Part shown: positions 51,450 to 60,967 of the stretch, one piece after another
How the letters are laid out: each line of letters starts with the position of its first letter
How positions within the stretch are numbered: the stretch's first letter is position 1
Assembly (NCBI GenBank): GCA_965219415.1
Contig: CBDCNP010000002.1
Span: 3,808,001 to 3,872,000, forward strand
Direction: 5' to 3'
From: Candidatus Marinacidobacterales bacterium
GTDB taxonomy: Bacteria > Acidobacteriota > Vicinamibacteria > Marinacidobacterales > DATDRI01
Length of the DNA stretch: 64,000 bases
Position numbers and translations under genes: made by a program
The notes under the pieces: model-generated
What the model saw: the letters and a program-made list of their open reading frames with translations, nothing else
What the model was told of the DNA's origin: nothing
The model's database searches: none

Positions 51450-52470
51450 GGTAGTGGTCGATGTTGGCGCGGTAGTATTCGACGGTTCGACGGAGACCCT
51501 CGCGAAGGTCGATGCGAGGCTCCCAACCGAGCTTTTTCTTTATCTTGCTGAAATCGTTGTAGAAGTCCCCGATGTCGATGCGCTTGCGTTCCTCTGGAAA
51601 GGGAACCAGCTGAAAACCACCGGCCCCGCCGGCGACATCCAATAACGTTTCTACGAACTCCAACAGGCTGACCGGGGGGCTGGCGCCGAGGTTGTAGACC
51701 TCTCCAACGGCTTCGTCGGTGGAGGCAGCGCCCAAGAAGGCCTCAACGACATCGTCGACGTAGTTGAAATCACGCTTCTGGGTCCCGTCGCCAAAGAGCT
51801 GGATCTCTTCTCCCTGGACCGCGAGACGTATGAACCAGCTCGCGAACCCTTGCCGGTTGTGCTTGATCAGCTGTCGTGGACCGTAGGTATTGGTGAGCCG
51901 CAGGGACGTGGTGCGCAGTCCATAAACTTGATGATAGAGCCGATGATACATCTCACCGCTCGCCTTGTTGACACCGTTGACGTCGGTCGGCTGAATAGGA
52001 TGTCCCTCATCGGCCGGCAGTCGCACCGGTCGACCGTAGATCTGCCGGGTGCTGGCGTAGAGGATGCGGACGTTCGGGTTGCCCTTGCGACAAGCTTCAA
52101 GGATCGAGAGCTGGCTACCGCAATTGATCTCCAAATCGGTCTCCGGATCGCGCATGCTGTCGATGTGACTTACTTGACCCGCCAAATTGAAGAGGTATTG
52201 CTGACGCTGCAGGAGGTACTGCATCCCGTTCACGTCTCGGACATCGGCGATATTGATCCGAAGCTTTGGCTCGAGCCCATCGACGTTGTACAAGTTCCCG
52301 CCATAGTCCGGGATGAGGGAGTCCACCAAAAGAACCTCGGCGCCGAGCCCTACCAAGCGCCGCGCGAGGTTGCTCCCGATGAAGCCAAGCCCTCCGGTGA
52401 TCAGGACGCGCTTGCCGAAAAATGTATCGCGGTAGCGGGCCTCCAGGTCGGTTGGCGCGTCAGTTGGCAT
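51442..52470 (-). CDS. NAD-dependent nucleotide-sugar epimerase/dehydratase
   Basis: TGGLGFIG, STRQIYG, NGVNK, RLTNTYGPR. Confidence 0.9.
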   Translation of the reverse strand: MPTDAPTDLEARYRDTFFGKRVLITGGLGFIGSNLARRLVGLGAEVLLVDSLIPDYGGNLYNVDGLEPKLRINIADVRDVNGMQYLLQRQQYLFNLAGQVSHIDSMRDPETDLEINCGSQLSILEACRKGNPNVRILYASTRQIYGRPVRLPADEGHPIQPTDVNGVNKASGEMYHRLYHQVYGLRTTSLRLTNTYGPRQLIKHNRQGFASWFIRLAVQGEEIQLFGDGTQKRDFNYVDDVVEAFLGAASTDEAVGEVYNLGASPPVSLLEFVETLLDVAGGAGGFQLVPFPEERKRIDIGDFYNDFSKIKKKLGWEPRIDLREGLRRTVEYYRANIDHYLG

Positions 52471-52512
52471 GAACGGTTGGCCGGAAGAAACCGGCGAAAG
52501 GCTTGCGGTCGG

Positions 52513-53286
52513 CTAAGACGCCAACCTCTGCCCGTCTCGGGTGGATTCCCGTTTGGCAGACGGGGAGCTCGGCGCACGGTGGACTTTCCGTATAACCAAG
52601 TCGACCCAAAGCCGAGAGAGATCATATAGGGTTCGGATGACGCGGGGAAAGTTGAAGAACTGACTCTTTCCATAGGCACGGTGATAGTGGTGGACGGGAA
52701 CCTCTCGAATCGAGTACCCAGCGTCTTGTACCTTTTTCATCAATTCGACACAGATCACACCGCTCGACTTGGTGAGCGCAACGCGGTCGAAGATGTTTTT
52801 CCGAAACAGACGAAAATCGCAATCTACATCGCGCAGCTTGAGTCCGAAGGCGATTCGTACCGTCCAGTGATACAGCCTTCCAACAATGATTCGGTGGACG
52901 GGATCGGAGCGGCCGATTTTGTATCCGTTGACGAAATCGACGCCGTCATCCATCGCTTCCACCAAGGCTTTCACCTCACGGGGATCGTACTGCGCGTCAC
53001 CGTCGGTATAAAAAACGAGCTCTTTGGTGGCGGAGGCGAAACCGGTACGGAGCGCACCGCCGTAGCCCTGGTTCTTCTCATGTTGCACGACTCGGAGCTC
53101 GGGGATGATGCTCGCAAGCTCGGCGAGAACGTCTGCGGTGTGATCCCGACTGCCATCGTTGACCACCACGATTTCGAAATCATCGGTGAGCTCACGTACC
53201 GTCATGCGTGCCGACACGACCATGCTGGCGATGGTACCGGCGTCGTTATATGCGGGGAAGAAAACGGAAATGGCGGGACGGGTCAC
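52513..53286 (-). CDS. Glycosyltransferase family 2 (polyprenol-phosphate glycosyltransferase-like)
   Basis: FPAYND, VNDGSRD, NQGYGGAL, TDGDAQ, DVDCDF. Confidence 0.9.
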   Translation of the reverse strand: MTRPAISVFFPAYNDAGTIASMVVSARMTVRELTDDFEIVVVNDGSRDHTADVLAELASIIPELRVVQHEKNQGYGGALRTGFASATKELVFYTDGDAQYDPREVKALVEAMDDGVDFVNGYKIGRSDPVHRIIVGRLYHWTVRIAFGLKLRDVDCDFRLFRKNIFDRVALTKSSGVICVELMKKVQDAGYSIREVPVHHYHRAYGKSQFFNFPRVIRTLYDLSRLWVDLVIRKVHRAPSSPSAKRESTRDGQRLAS

Positions 53287-53472
53287 GGTGCGGAATTCCT
53301 TGCCTAATAAGGCGTTTCAAGCCTGCAGACGCTGGAAAACTATCATAGCAATCACGGGATGTCAATGTGAGCCAAGGAGTTCCGCCCTCGCAGCGAGACC
53401 CAACAGAAGCGAGAGTTGAGAGACGATAGCCCCTATGCTAACGTCCGACGCCGTCTCCCGAAGGTCGACTTG

Positions 53473-54315
53473 ATGCCGGCAACTCTCTACGTCGTAGCCA
53501 CGCCCATCGGGAATCTCTCCGATATCTCCACCCGCGCGCTCGAAGTGCTCGAATCGGTCAAGCTGATCGCTTGCGAGGACACGCGCACCACGCGACGACT
53601 GCTCAGTCGGCATGGAATCAGAACCCCTACCATCAGCTACCACGAGCACAACGAACACCAGCGAGCTCCCCAGCTCGTGAAACGGCTTCACACCGGCGAA
53701 GACCTTGCCTTGGTCTCGGACGCGGGAACGCCGGGCGTCTCCGACCCCGGCTACCGCCTGGTAGCCGCGGCTCGAGAGGGCGGGGTTCCGGTGCGAGCCG
53801 TGCCGGGGCCAAGCGCCACCATCGCCGCTCTTTCCGTCTCCGGTCTCCCCACCTCGAGCTTCTGCTTCCGGGGCTTCTTGCCGAGTCGCGGCCGGGCCCG
53901 CGCCCAGGCCATTGAATCCCTGGCGTCGGCAACCCACACGTCGATCCTCTTCGAGTCGGCGCGACGCGCCCCTGCGTTGCTGCAACTGCTCTCACAACGG
54001 CTCGGTCCTCGACCGGCGTTCCTTGCCCGCGAGATGACCAAAGTACACGAAGAGCACCGAAACGGTACTTTGATCGAGCTCGCAGAATGGGCTCGTGAGA
54101 AATCGCTCAGGGGAGAGCTGACTCTTATCATCGGTCCCGCCGAACGGAAGGCGCGTTCTTCCCTCACGCCGGACGAAATCGCGAAACGTTATTCGGAACT
54201 AACCGCGGAAGGGATGAAGCGGCGTGAGGCGGTCAAGATCGTGGCCCGGGAGACCGGGCTTCCCTCTCGCCTGCTCTATCGTCAGTTGCTAGTGCTAGGC
54301 TCCGACTCAGAATGA
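53473..54315 (+). CDS. rsmI: 16S rRNA (cytidine1402-2'-O)-methyltransferase
   Basis: LYVVATPIGNL, ACEDTR, VSDAGTPGVSDPG, REMTKVHEE. Confidence 0.95.
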   Translation: MPATLYVVATPIGNLSDISTRALEVLESVKLIACEDTRTTRRLLSRHGIRTPTISYHEHNEHQRAPQLVKRLHTGEDLALVSDAGTPGVSDPGYRLVAAAREGGVPVRAVPGPSATIAALSVSGLPTSSFCFRGFLPSRGRARAQAIESLASATHTSILFESARRAPALLQLLSQRLGPRPAFLAREMTKVHEEHRNGTLIELAEWAREKSLRGELTLIIGPAERKARSSLTPDEIAKRYSELTAEGMKRREAVKIVARETGLPSRLLYRQLLVLGSDSE

Positions 54316-55382
54316 AGATCCTCGAGGGCATGGCCCAAGGCGGCTTCGAACAGGTCGTCGCGTTGAATGACGCTTCCTGTGGCCTCTCCGGTTTTCTCGT
54401 CATCCACGACACCACGCGCGGACCAGCCGCTGGGGGTATTCGAATCTACTCATATTCGACAGAAGAAGACGCTCTCGCCGACGGTTTCCGACTGGCAAGT
54501 GCCATGACGTTCAAAGGGGCGGCCGCCGGCCTTCCGGTGGGTGGGGGCAAAATCGTACTCCGAGAAAGTCCAGACATGAACCGCGAGGAAGTGTTACGCG
54601 CCGTCGGTCGCTTCATCCAAGGCCAAGGCGGGCGCTTTCTAGCCGGCAGAGACGTGGGAGTACCGGTCCCGCACGGAGCTTGGGTCCGTAGCGAGACCCG
54701 CTTCATGGTCGATGAAAGCGAAAACGGGGTGGGGGATCTCAACCGCTCGACGGCTATTGGTGTCGAGTCTGGCGCACGAGCGGCATTGAATTTTCGGCTC
54801 GGGTCCGATCGCTGGAGAGGTGTACGAGTTGCGATTCAAGGCGCGGGAGGCGTGGGAAGCTGGCTAGCGAAGATCCTGGCCGAACAGGGAGCAGAGCTTT
54901 GGATATCGGATACCCGACCGGAAGCTCTCGAAACCTTGTCGTCGGAAGTTCGTTTTCACGAAGTCGCTCCCGCCGAGATCTTCGGTGCCTCGGAAGACTT
55001 GTTTTGCCCCTGCGCAGTGGGTAGCGTGATCAACGACCAGACGCTCGACAAACTTCGGGCGCGTGTGGTGGCGGGCTCTGCCAATAACGTGCTCGCCGAA
55101 TCGAGACACGGTGAGACACTCCGTGCACGCAACATCACCTATGCCCCCGACTTCTTGGTCAACTCCGGCGCTCTGATCCAAGGCATTCGGTTCTTGCTCA
55201 ACGGAGAGACCGACAGCAGCGAGGCCATCTCGGCGATCGGTGACAAAACGCGTCGACTGCTCGATGAAGCGGCCGTGAAAGGAGAGCCGCCGGAAGCTCT
55301 TTTGTTGAGTCAAACCCTCGAGACGATCGACCGTCGGAGCACTTGGCGGGACTGGAGCTGGCCGGAGGCCCGAGACTCGTGA
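54312..55382 (+). CDS. Glu/Leu/Phe/Val dehydrogenase family protein
   Basis: IHDTTRGPAAGG, GGGK, QGAGGVG, PCAVG, GSANN, PDFLVNSG. Confidence 0.88.
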   Translation: MKILEGMAQGGFEQVVALNDASCGLSGFLVIHDTTRGPAAGGIRIYSYSTEEDALADGFRLASAMTFKGAAAGLPVGGGKIVLRESPDMNREEVLRAVGRFIQGQGGRFLAGRDVGVPVPHGAWVRSETRFMVDESENGVGDLNRSTAIGVESGARAALNFRLGSDRWRGVRVAIQGAGGVGSWLAKILAEQGAELWISDTRPEALETLSSEVRFHEVAPAEIFGASEDLFCPCAVGSVINDQTLDKLRARVVAGSANNVLAESRHGETLRARNITYAPDFLVNSGALIQGIRFLLNGETDSSEAISAIGDKTRRLLDEAAVKGEPPEALLLSQTLETIDRRSTWRDWSWPEARDS

Positions 55383-56470
55383 GCTGGTTTCGTTTGTTTC
55401 TCACACACTGCCGGCTCCCTTTGGTGCTGGCGGTGGTCGGCGTGGTGCTGACTCTACCAGCGGCATGTACATCGATCCGTTGGCCGAGAGCCGTTGAGCT
55501 TCGCCGCGGCGGTGTCGAGCGGGCGCCGGCGATGCTACTGGCGCTGTGGGCGCAACCCCCCGCCGACCTGGCAACGGTCGGCCCGGAGCCGCTGCCGACG
55601 GTGATTTGGCTAATGGGGACGACTCTCGTCGTCTTGCTGGTCATCCTTCTCAAACCCTTGCTCGAAGAGGAGCGGACCGCGCGGTTTTGGGCAATGGGCA
55701 TGATCTTGTCGCTCTTGCTGACGAGCACAAGCTATCCCGCGAATCGCTATCTCCTCGTCCCAAGTTTGGGGGCGATGGGACTCCTCGCGCTTTTCCTGCA
55801 AGGTTGGCGCGAGGGATGGCCCGACTCTTCCCGATCGCAAGTATGGAGGGGCGTGGCAAAAGTGAGCGCCGTTTTCTTTGTCGTCATCCACCTGTTGCTC
55901 GCGCCCTTGGCGCTTGCATACAGCACCTGGGCTCTAGCGGCTCCCGCGCGGCTCCCCGCGAACGTCGCCCGCTCGCTTCCCGACGACCCTGCGCTCTCTG
56001 AGCAGCAACTGGTCATCGTCAACGCTCCCGACTTTCTTCTCTTCACCGGTTTCCTTTTCCCCATCCGTTTCATGGAACAGCTACCGATCGCGAAGCGCCA
56101 ATCGGTTCTGGCCACCGGCCCGGTCGATCTTTCGCTACGGCGCGTCGACGAACGAACGATTGCCATCAGGAGTGACCATGGTTTCCCTTCCGGGTTCACG
56201 GACGGCCTCTACCGGAGCGGCGACCAGCCCTTCGCCGCCGGTCAGAAAATCCAACTTCCAGGAATGGCTGTGGAGATCCTCGCGACCCATGACGAGAACC
56301 TAGTCACCGAGGCGGTCTTTCACTTTGATGTGCCTTTGGAAGATCGGTCACTGCGTTGGTTTCGGTGGGAGACAGGATCCTTCGTTTCCTTTCAACCGCC
56401 GAGAATCGGCGACACCATTCGGCTCGACCCCGCCCTTTTCCCCGGCACCGCACCGCGTAAGCCGCGGTGA
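55379..56470 (+). CDS. Hypothetical membrane protein, probably internally deleted or frameshifted near the N-terminus
   Basis: TM segments, ARFWAMG, NRYLLVPSLG, VIVNAPD; out-of-frame MYIDPLAE directly after the first TM. Confidence 0.55.
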   Translation: MSWFRLFLTHCRLPLVLAVVGVVLTLPAACTSIRWPRAVELRRGGVERAPAMLLALWAQPPADLATVGPEPLPTVIWLMGTTLVVLLVILLKPLLEEERTARFWAMGMILSLLLTSTSYPANRYLLVPSLGAMGLLALFLQGWREGWPDSSRSQVWRGVAKVSAVFFVVIHLLLAPLALAYSTWALAAPARLPANVARSLPDDPALSEQQLVIVNAPDFLLFTGFLFPIRFMEQLPIAKRQSVLATGPVDLSLRRVDERTIAIRSDHGFPSGFTDGLYRSGDQPFAAGQKIQLPGMAVEILATHDENLVTEAVFHFDVPLEDRSLRWFRWETGSFVSFQPPRIGDTIRLDPALFPGTAPRKPR

Positions 56471-56505
56471 CGGGGCAAGTCCCAAAACCGCCCGAACTAC
56501 GGGGT

Positions 56506-56535
56506 TTGACCCTAAACCGCTCCGGATCTTATAAT
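56506..56535 (+). promoter_or_regulatory. Sigma70-type promoter for the TPR-glmR gene run
   Basis: TTGACC (56506-56511), 18 nt spacer, TATAAT (56530-56535). Confidence 0.65.
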
Positions 56536-56682
56536 TGTGGTCTGTCTTCGATAAACGACTCGCCCAACCGAGTATCTATTTCGTATTTTCGAAGTTTGAG
56601 GGCTCCACGCTGTTGTCGGCGTTAACCGGCTCTACCGGCATTAACTTCAGGGGCTCGGCTTTTCGGGCAAGAAACGTATTTC

Positions 56683-58068
56683 GGGTTTACGCGGATTCGT
56701 GTGGGTAAGTTCTGACGGAAAAACAGTGTAACTCATTGTGTGGAAAAGGTATCGAGTACTTCATCAGGTGCTGAAAAGTGGTCCATTTTTAGGATAGGCT
56801 AACCGAGTGAAAAATTCCCAGTCGATCCGCTCGCTGTTTGCGCTGCCAGGTTTCGTGGTTGGTGCCGGATTGAAGGGTCTATTCGGTGACCGATACGCCC
56901 GCGTCATCCAGCTCAAGAGGCGAAAAAAACAGCTGTGTGCTCTTACTGTGGGCAACGGTGCCGGGGGCGCTATGACAAGCAAGTGTGCCGGGTCCGCGAC
57001 CTGTCGTTGGCTGGCTGGCGGATCTATCTGGAATACGAGCGTCGGCGCGTCAACTGTTCTGGGTGCGGCGGTGTGCATGTAGAACACCTAGACTGGCTGG
57101 CGAACAACTCGCGCTACACCCAGCGTTTTGCGACGCCATGTGGGCAAGCTGTGCCGGGATATGCCGAACAAGGCGGTGGCCGAGATGGAACGTCTGCACC
57201 ACGGTACGGTGAAGGCTCTGGATACACTCTACATGCAAGAGTAGGTCGAACCGGGCGGGGCTACCGGCGCCTCGGGCCATCGGTGTCGATGAGATCTCCA
57301 TCCGCAAGGGACATAACTATCGCGTCATTGTCAGCGACCTGGAGCGGGCGCGTCCCATCTGGGTGGGCGGTGAGGGTCGCAAAGAAACCGACATCGATTT
57401 GTTCTTCAAGGCGCCGGGCGGAAAGAAAAGCGCCCGTATCAAGCTGGCCGCCATGGATATGTGGAAGCCCTTCCGGAACTCGGTGATTCACAACGCGCCT
57501 AATGCGCGGATCATCTTCGACAAGTTTCATATCATGCGTCATCTGTCAAAGGCCCTCGATGAGGTCCGGCGCGGTGAGTACAAACGCCTCAGCGGCAAGG
57601 ACCGGTCGTACATCAAGGGGCAGCGTTACACTTTGCTTTCCCGGCGGGAGAACCTGAGCCTAGACGGTCGCCGCGCACTCAAAAAGTTGCTCCAGGCCAA
57701 CCGGCGCCTGAACACCGCCTATATTTTGAAGGAGGCCTTCGGGCAACTCTGGGATTACCGCACCGAACGCGGCGCTCGCGCCTTTTTCACCCGTTGGAAA
57801 GACAGCCTCAAATGGCAACGCCTGCATCCGTACCAGAAGTTCGCCGGTATGATTGAGTCCCATTGGGATGGTATCGCCTCCTACTGTCATCCGGAGAACA
57901 AAGTCAGTCTCGGCCTAGTTGAAGGGGTCAACAACAAAATCCGTGTTCTGCAACGACGCGCCTACGGCTATCGCGACGAGGAATATCTCAAGCTGAAGAT
58001 CGTGGCGGCTTTCCTTCCGCCATTACCCAGAAATGCAGTTTTCAACCCACACGAATCCGCGTAGACCC
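56683..58068 (+). mobile_element. ISL3-family insertion sequence
   Basis: Inverted repeats GGGTTTACGCGGATTCGTGTGGGT / ACCCACACGAATCCGCGTAGACCC; perfect 8-bp target duplication CGTATTTC (56675-56682, 58069-58076). Confidence 0.95.
56807..58064 (+). pseudogene. ISL3 transposase, disrupted (in-frame TAG at ~57242 and frameshifts)
   Basis: CSYCG / CSGCG zinc finger, IGVDEISIRKG, MDMWKPF, FDKFH, EGVNNKIR spread over several frames. Confidence 0.88.
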
Positions 58069-58089
58069 CGTATTTCTATAGGAGGTTCT

Positions 58090-58656
58090 ATGGCAAAGAA
58101 GGCCACCACTCGCTCCAAGGGGGGGCTGTTCTCACGAAAGAAACTGGCGAAAAAGACCGCCAAGCGCGAAGGCTACGGCAAGTCACTCGAGGCCTTCGAG
58201 AAGGCCTTGAAGGTGCTGCACAAAGGTGACGTCGACCGGGCCCGGGACCAGTTCAAGAACCTAGCCGGCGAGCTCGGTTCTGACCCCGAGCTGGCCGACC
58301 GAGCGCAGGCGTACATTACGATTTGCGACCGCCAGAAGAAGAGCAAGGGCTCGTTCGCGCCCCGTACGTTCGAAGAGGTGGTGACCTACGGTGTTTTTTG
58401 CCACAACCGGGGCGATTATGATCGCGCCATCAAGTACCTCTCTAAAGCCGTCGACATGGAGCCTAAGAGTGACCACGCGCATTACTGCCTCGCCGCCGCC
58501 TATTCGCGACACGGAGACACCCGAGATGCGGCTCGACATCTCAAACAAGCGGTGGTCGGAGATTCATACAACCGCGTCCTAGCCAAAAACGACGAAGATT
58601 TCGCCACGATCAGGGACGAAACAGAAGTAGCCCAGCTGTTGGCAACAACCGAGTAG
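58090..58656 (+). CDS. TPR-repeat protein with basic N-terminus
   Basis: RBS GGAGG; GDYDRAIKYLSKAV, AHYCLAAAYS, AKNDEDF TPR-type motifs. Confidence 0.85.
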   Translation: MAKKATTRSKGGLFSRKKLAKKTAKREGYGKSLEAFEKALKVLHKGDVDRARDQFKNLAGELGSDPELADRAQAYITICDRQKKSKGSFAPRTFEEVVTYGVFCHNRGDYDRAIKYLSKAVDMEPKSDHAHYCLAAAYSRHGDTRDAARHLKQAVVGDSYNRVLAKNDEDFATIRDETEVAQLLATTE

Positions 58657-58679
58657 TCAAGAGTAATTGGGGTTGGGTC

Positions 58680-59708
58680 GTGATCTATGGTCTACGGGTC
58701 GTCGCAGTCGGCGGGGGCACTGGGCTCGCCGCTCTGCTGACCGGCCTCAAGAAGTTCGTCGACCCACCTGATTCCCGCTCTCTCTCGAGAGACTCGGTTT
58801 ATTTCGCGGACCTTGCCGCGTTGGTAACGGTCACCGACGATGGCGGCAGCTCGGGGAGGCTGCGCGACGAGCTCCAGATACTCCCGCCTGGAGACGTTCG
58901 GAACTGCTTGCTGGCACTTTCGAGCGACGAGTCGCTGCTGTCTTCCCTGTTTCAGTATCGTTTCAAGGGCGACGGTGGTCTTGGCGGCCACAACTTTGGC
59001 AATCTTTTCCTGGCAGCGCTCACTTCCGTGACCGGCGACTTCTACAGCGCGGTCCGCGCCGCCTCACACGTCCTCGCCATCGAAGGACGTATCTTCCCCT
59101 CGACGACTCAGAATGTCTCATTAGTTGCCGAGCTCGAGGACGGGAGCGAGGTTCGTGGGGAAACACGCATCAGCGCTTCGACCGAGACCATTCGCAGCGT
59201 TCGTCTGGATCCGCCCGATTGTCCGCCGCTCGAAGACTCTCTCGCCGCTATCGAGGAAGCGGATCTCATCCTCATCGGGTCGGGATCGCTCTATACGAGC
59301 CTGATTCCCAATCTTCTCGTCCCGGGCGTCGCCGAGGCGATTTCTCGATCGCAAGCTCTCGTGGTGTATCTGTCGAACATCATGACCCAACCGGGCGAGA
59401 CGACCGGCTACGGCGTGCGCGATCACGTGGAGGCGTTTTCGACACACTGCCCGGGGCTCGAACTCTCTTTCGTTCTCGCCAACGGGACCGCAGTACCGGA
59501 GCCGACGCGCGAACGCTATCGCTCCGAGGGTGCGGAACCAGTCACCTGCTCCCCCGCCGACGAGAACGCGCTGGCCTGCCCGGTACTGGTGGAAGACCTT
59601 CTCGGCGCGGGAGAACCGGTACGCCACGATGGCAGGAAAACCGCGGAAGCACTTCAAACGCTCTTTCCTCAGACTCGCTTCGAGACAACGCGCAGTAAGG
59701 GCGTCTGA
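58680..59708 (+). CDS. yvcK: YvcK/GlmR (CofD-like) UDP-GlcNAc-binding protein
   Basis: GGGTGL, VTDDGGSSG, PPGDVRN, GHNFGNL, GSLYTSLIPNL, NIMTQPGET, RHD. Confidence 0.93.
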   Translation: MIYGLRVVAVGGGTGLAALLTGLKKFVDPPDSRSLSRDSVYFADLAALVTVTDDGGSSGRLRDELQILPPGDVRNCLLALSSDESLLSSLFQYRFKGDGGLGGHNFGNLFLAALTSVTGDFYSAVRAASHVLAIEGRIFPSTTQNVSLVAELEDGSEVRGETRISASTETIRSVRLDPPDCPPLEDSLAAIEEADLILIGSGSLYTSLIPNLLVPGVAEAISRSQALVVYLSNIMTQPGETTGYGVRDHVEAFSTHCPGLELSFVLANGTAVPEPTRERYRSEGAEPVTCSPADENALACPVLVEDLLGAGEPVRHDGRKTAEALQTLFPQTRFETTRSKGV

Positions 59709-59757
59709 CGGCCCGGAAGGCGCAGTTAATAAGAAAGTGCTAGTCTAAGATCAACCA

Positions 59758-60960
59758 ATGCCATCACAACTTACGCTGGTTCTTTGGTCCGGGTCCGGCG
59801 AAGACTCCGCAAAGGACCTTCTCGGTAGGCCGCTCTGGAAACGAACCCTCGAGGCCGCTCAACCGCTCCGACCAAAGCGCACTCTGTTGGTTCTGAATAA
59901 AGGCGGCCGCGCTGCTCTAAACGGGCTCAACGGCATCGAGCCGGTGACCAAGAGACGCTTCTCCGAGGCGCTTGCCGGACTGAGGGGAAAGTTGCTCCTC
60001 CTCCCTGCCGAGATGCCATGTGTGACCCTTCGCAGCTTGAGGCGTCTGGTAGCCGCAGCTCGGTCTGGACCTTCTCGGCTAGTAGTAGAGAACGGGACAC
60101 CGATCGTATGCTGCACCGCGGGGCGCCTTCGAGCCGCAAGCGGCGCATTCCGAAACGGTCTCGATTCCCTAGCCGATCACATACAAGCCTCCGAAGTTCG
60201 ACCCGCGACAACGGAAGAGCTGCTGCTGGTCAAGACCAACGCCGACTGGGCGAAGGCGATGCAGATCATTCGTCGCCGAACCGTAGAGCGCCTCATGGCG
60301 AGCGGGGTCCTCGTCGACGATCCATTGACCGTGCACATCGATCCCGATGTGAAAGTGGGCCGCCGCACCAGAATCCGTGGGTGGGTCGTGATCGAAGGCG
60401 CAAGCCGTATTGGAACCGACTGCGATGTGGGAAGCTTCACCCACGTTGTGGACTCGGTCGTGGGTTCGCGTACCGTGCTCCTCGATCATTGTTTCATCCG
60501 CCAGAGCCGTATCGGTCGCGGCGCCCAAGTCGGGCCCTTCGCTCATCTGCGCCCGGAATCCATCCTCGGCAACAAGACGAAGGTCGGGAACTTCGTGGAA
60601 ATGAAGAAATCGACGCTCGGTGCAGGGAGCAAGGCTCCGCACCTGACCTACCTGGGCGATGCCGAGGTCGGACGCGGCGTCAACGTCGGCGCCGGAACCA
60701 TCACTTGCAACTACGATGGGAGCACCAAACACCTTACGGTCATCGAGGACGGCGCGTTCATCGGAAGTGATGTGCAACTGGTAGCCCCGGTTCGGATCGG
60801 ACGGGGAGCCTATGTCGCGGCCGGCTCTTCGATCGTGGACGATGTTCCGGCCGGTTCGCTGGCGATCGCTCGGGGCCGGCAAGTTGTCAAGCTCGACTAC
60901 GTACGTGATGTGGCTCGCGCCCGAACCAAGAAGTCTAGACCTTCCAAGAGACGATCGTAG
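59758..60960 (+). CDS. glmU: GlmU-like protein: intact left-handed beta-helix glucosamine-1-P acetyltransferase, degenerate uridyltransferase domain
   Basis: [42 protein letters not shown] retained; N-domain lacks LAAGxGTRM and related motifs. Confidence 0.85.
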   Translation: MPSQLTLVLWSGSGEDSAKDLLGRPLWKRTLEAAQPLRPKRTLLVLNKGGRAALNGLNGIEPVTKRRFSEALAGLRGKLLLLPAEMPCVTLRSLRRLVAAARSGPSRLVVENGTPIVCCTAGRLRAASGAFRNGLDSLADHIQASEVRPATTEELLLVKTNADWAKAMQIIRRRTVERLMASGVLVDDPLTVHIDPDVKVGRRTRIRGWVVIEGASRIGTDCDVGSFTHVVDSVVGSRTVLLDHCFIRQSRIGRGAQVGPFAHLRPESILGNKTKVGNFVEMKKSTLGAGSKAPHLTYLGDAEVGRGVNVGAGTITCNYDGSTKHLTVIEDGAFIGSDVQLVAPVRIGRGAYVAAGSSIVDDVPAGSLAIARGRQVVKLDYVRDVARARTKKSRPSKRRS

Positions 60961-60967
60961 ATCACCT

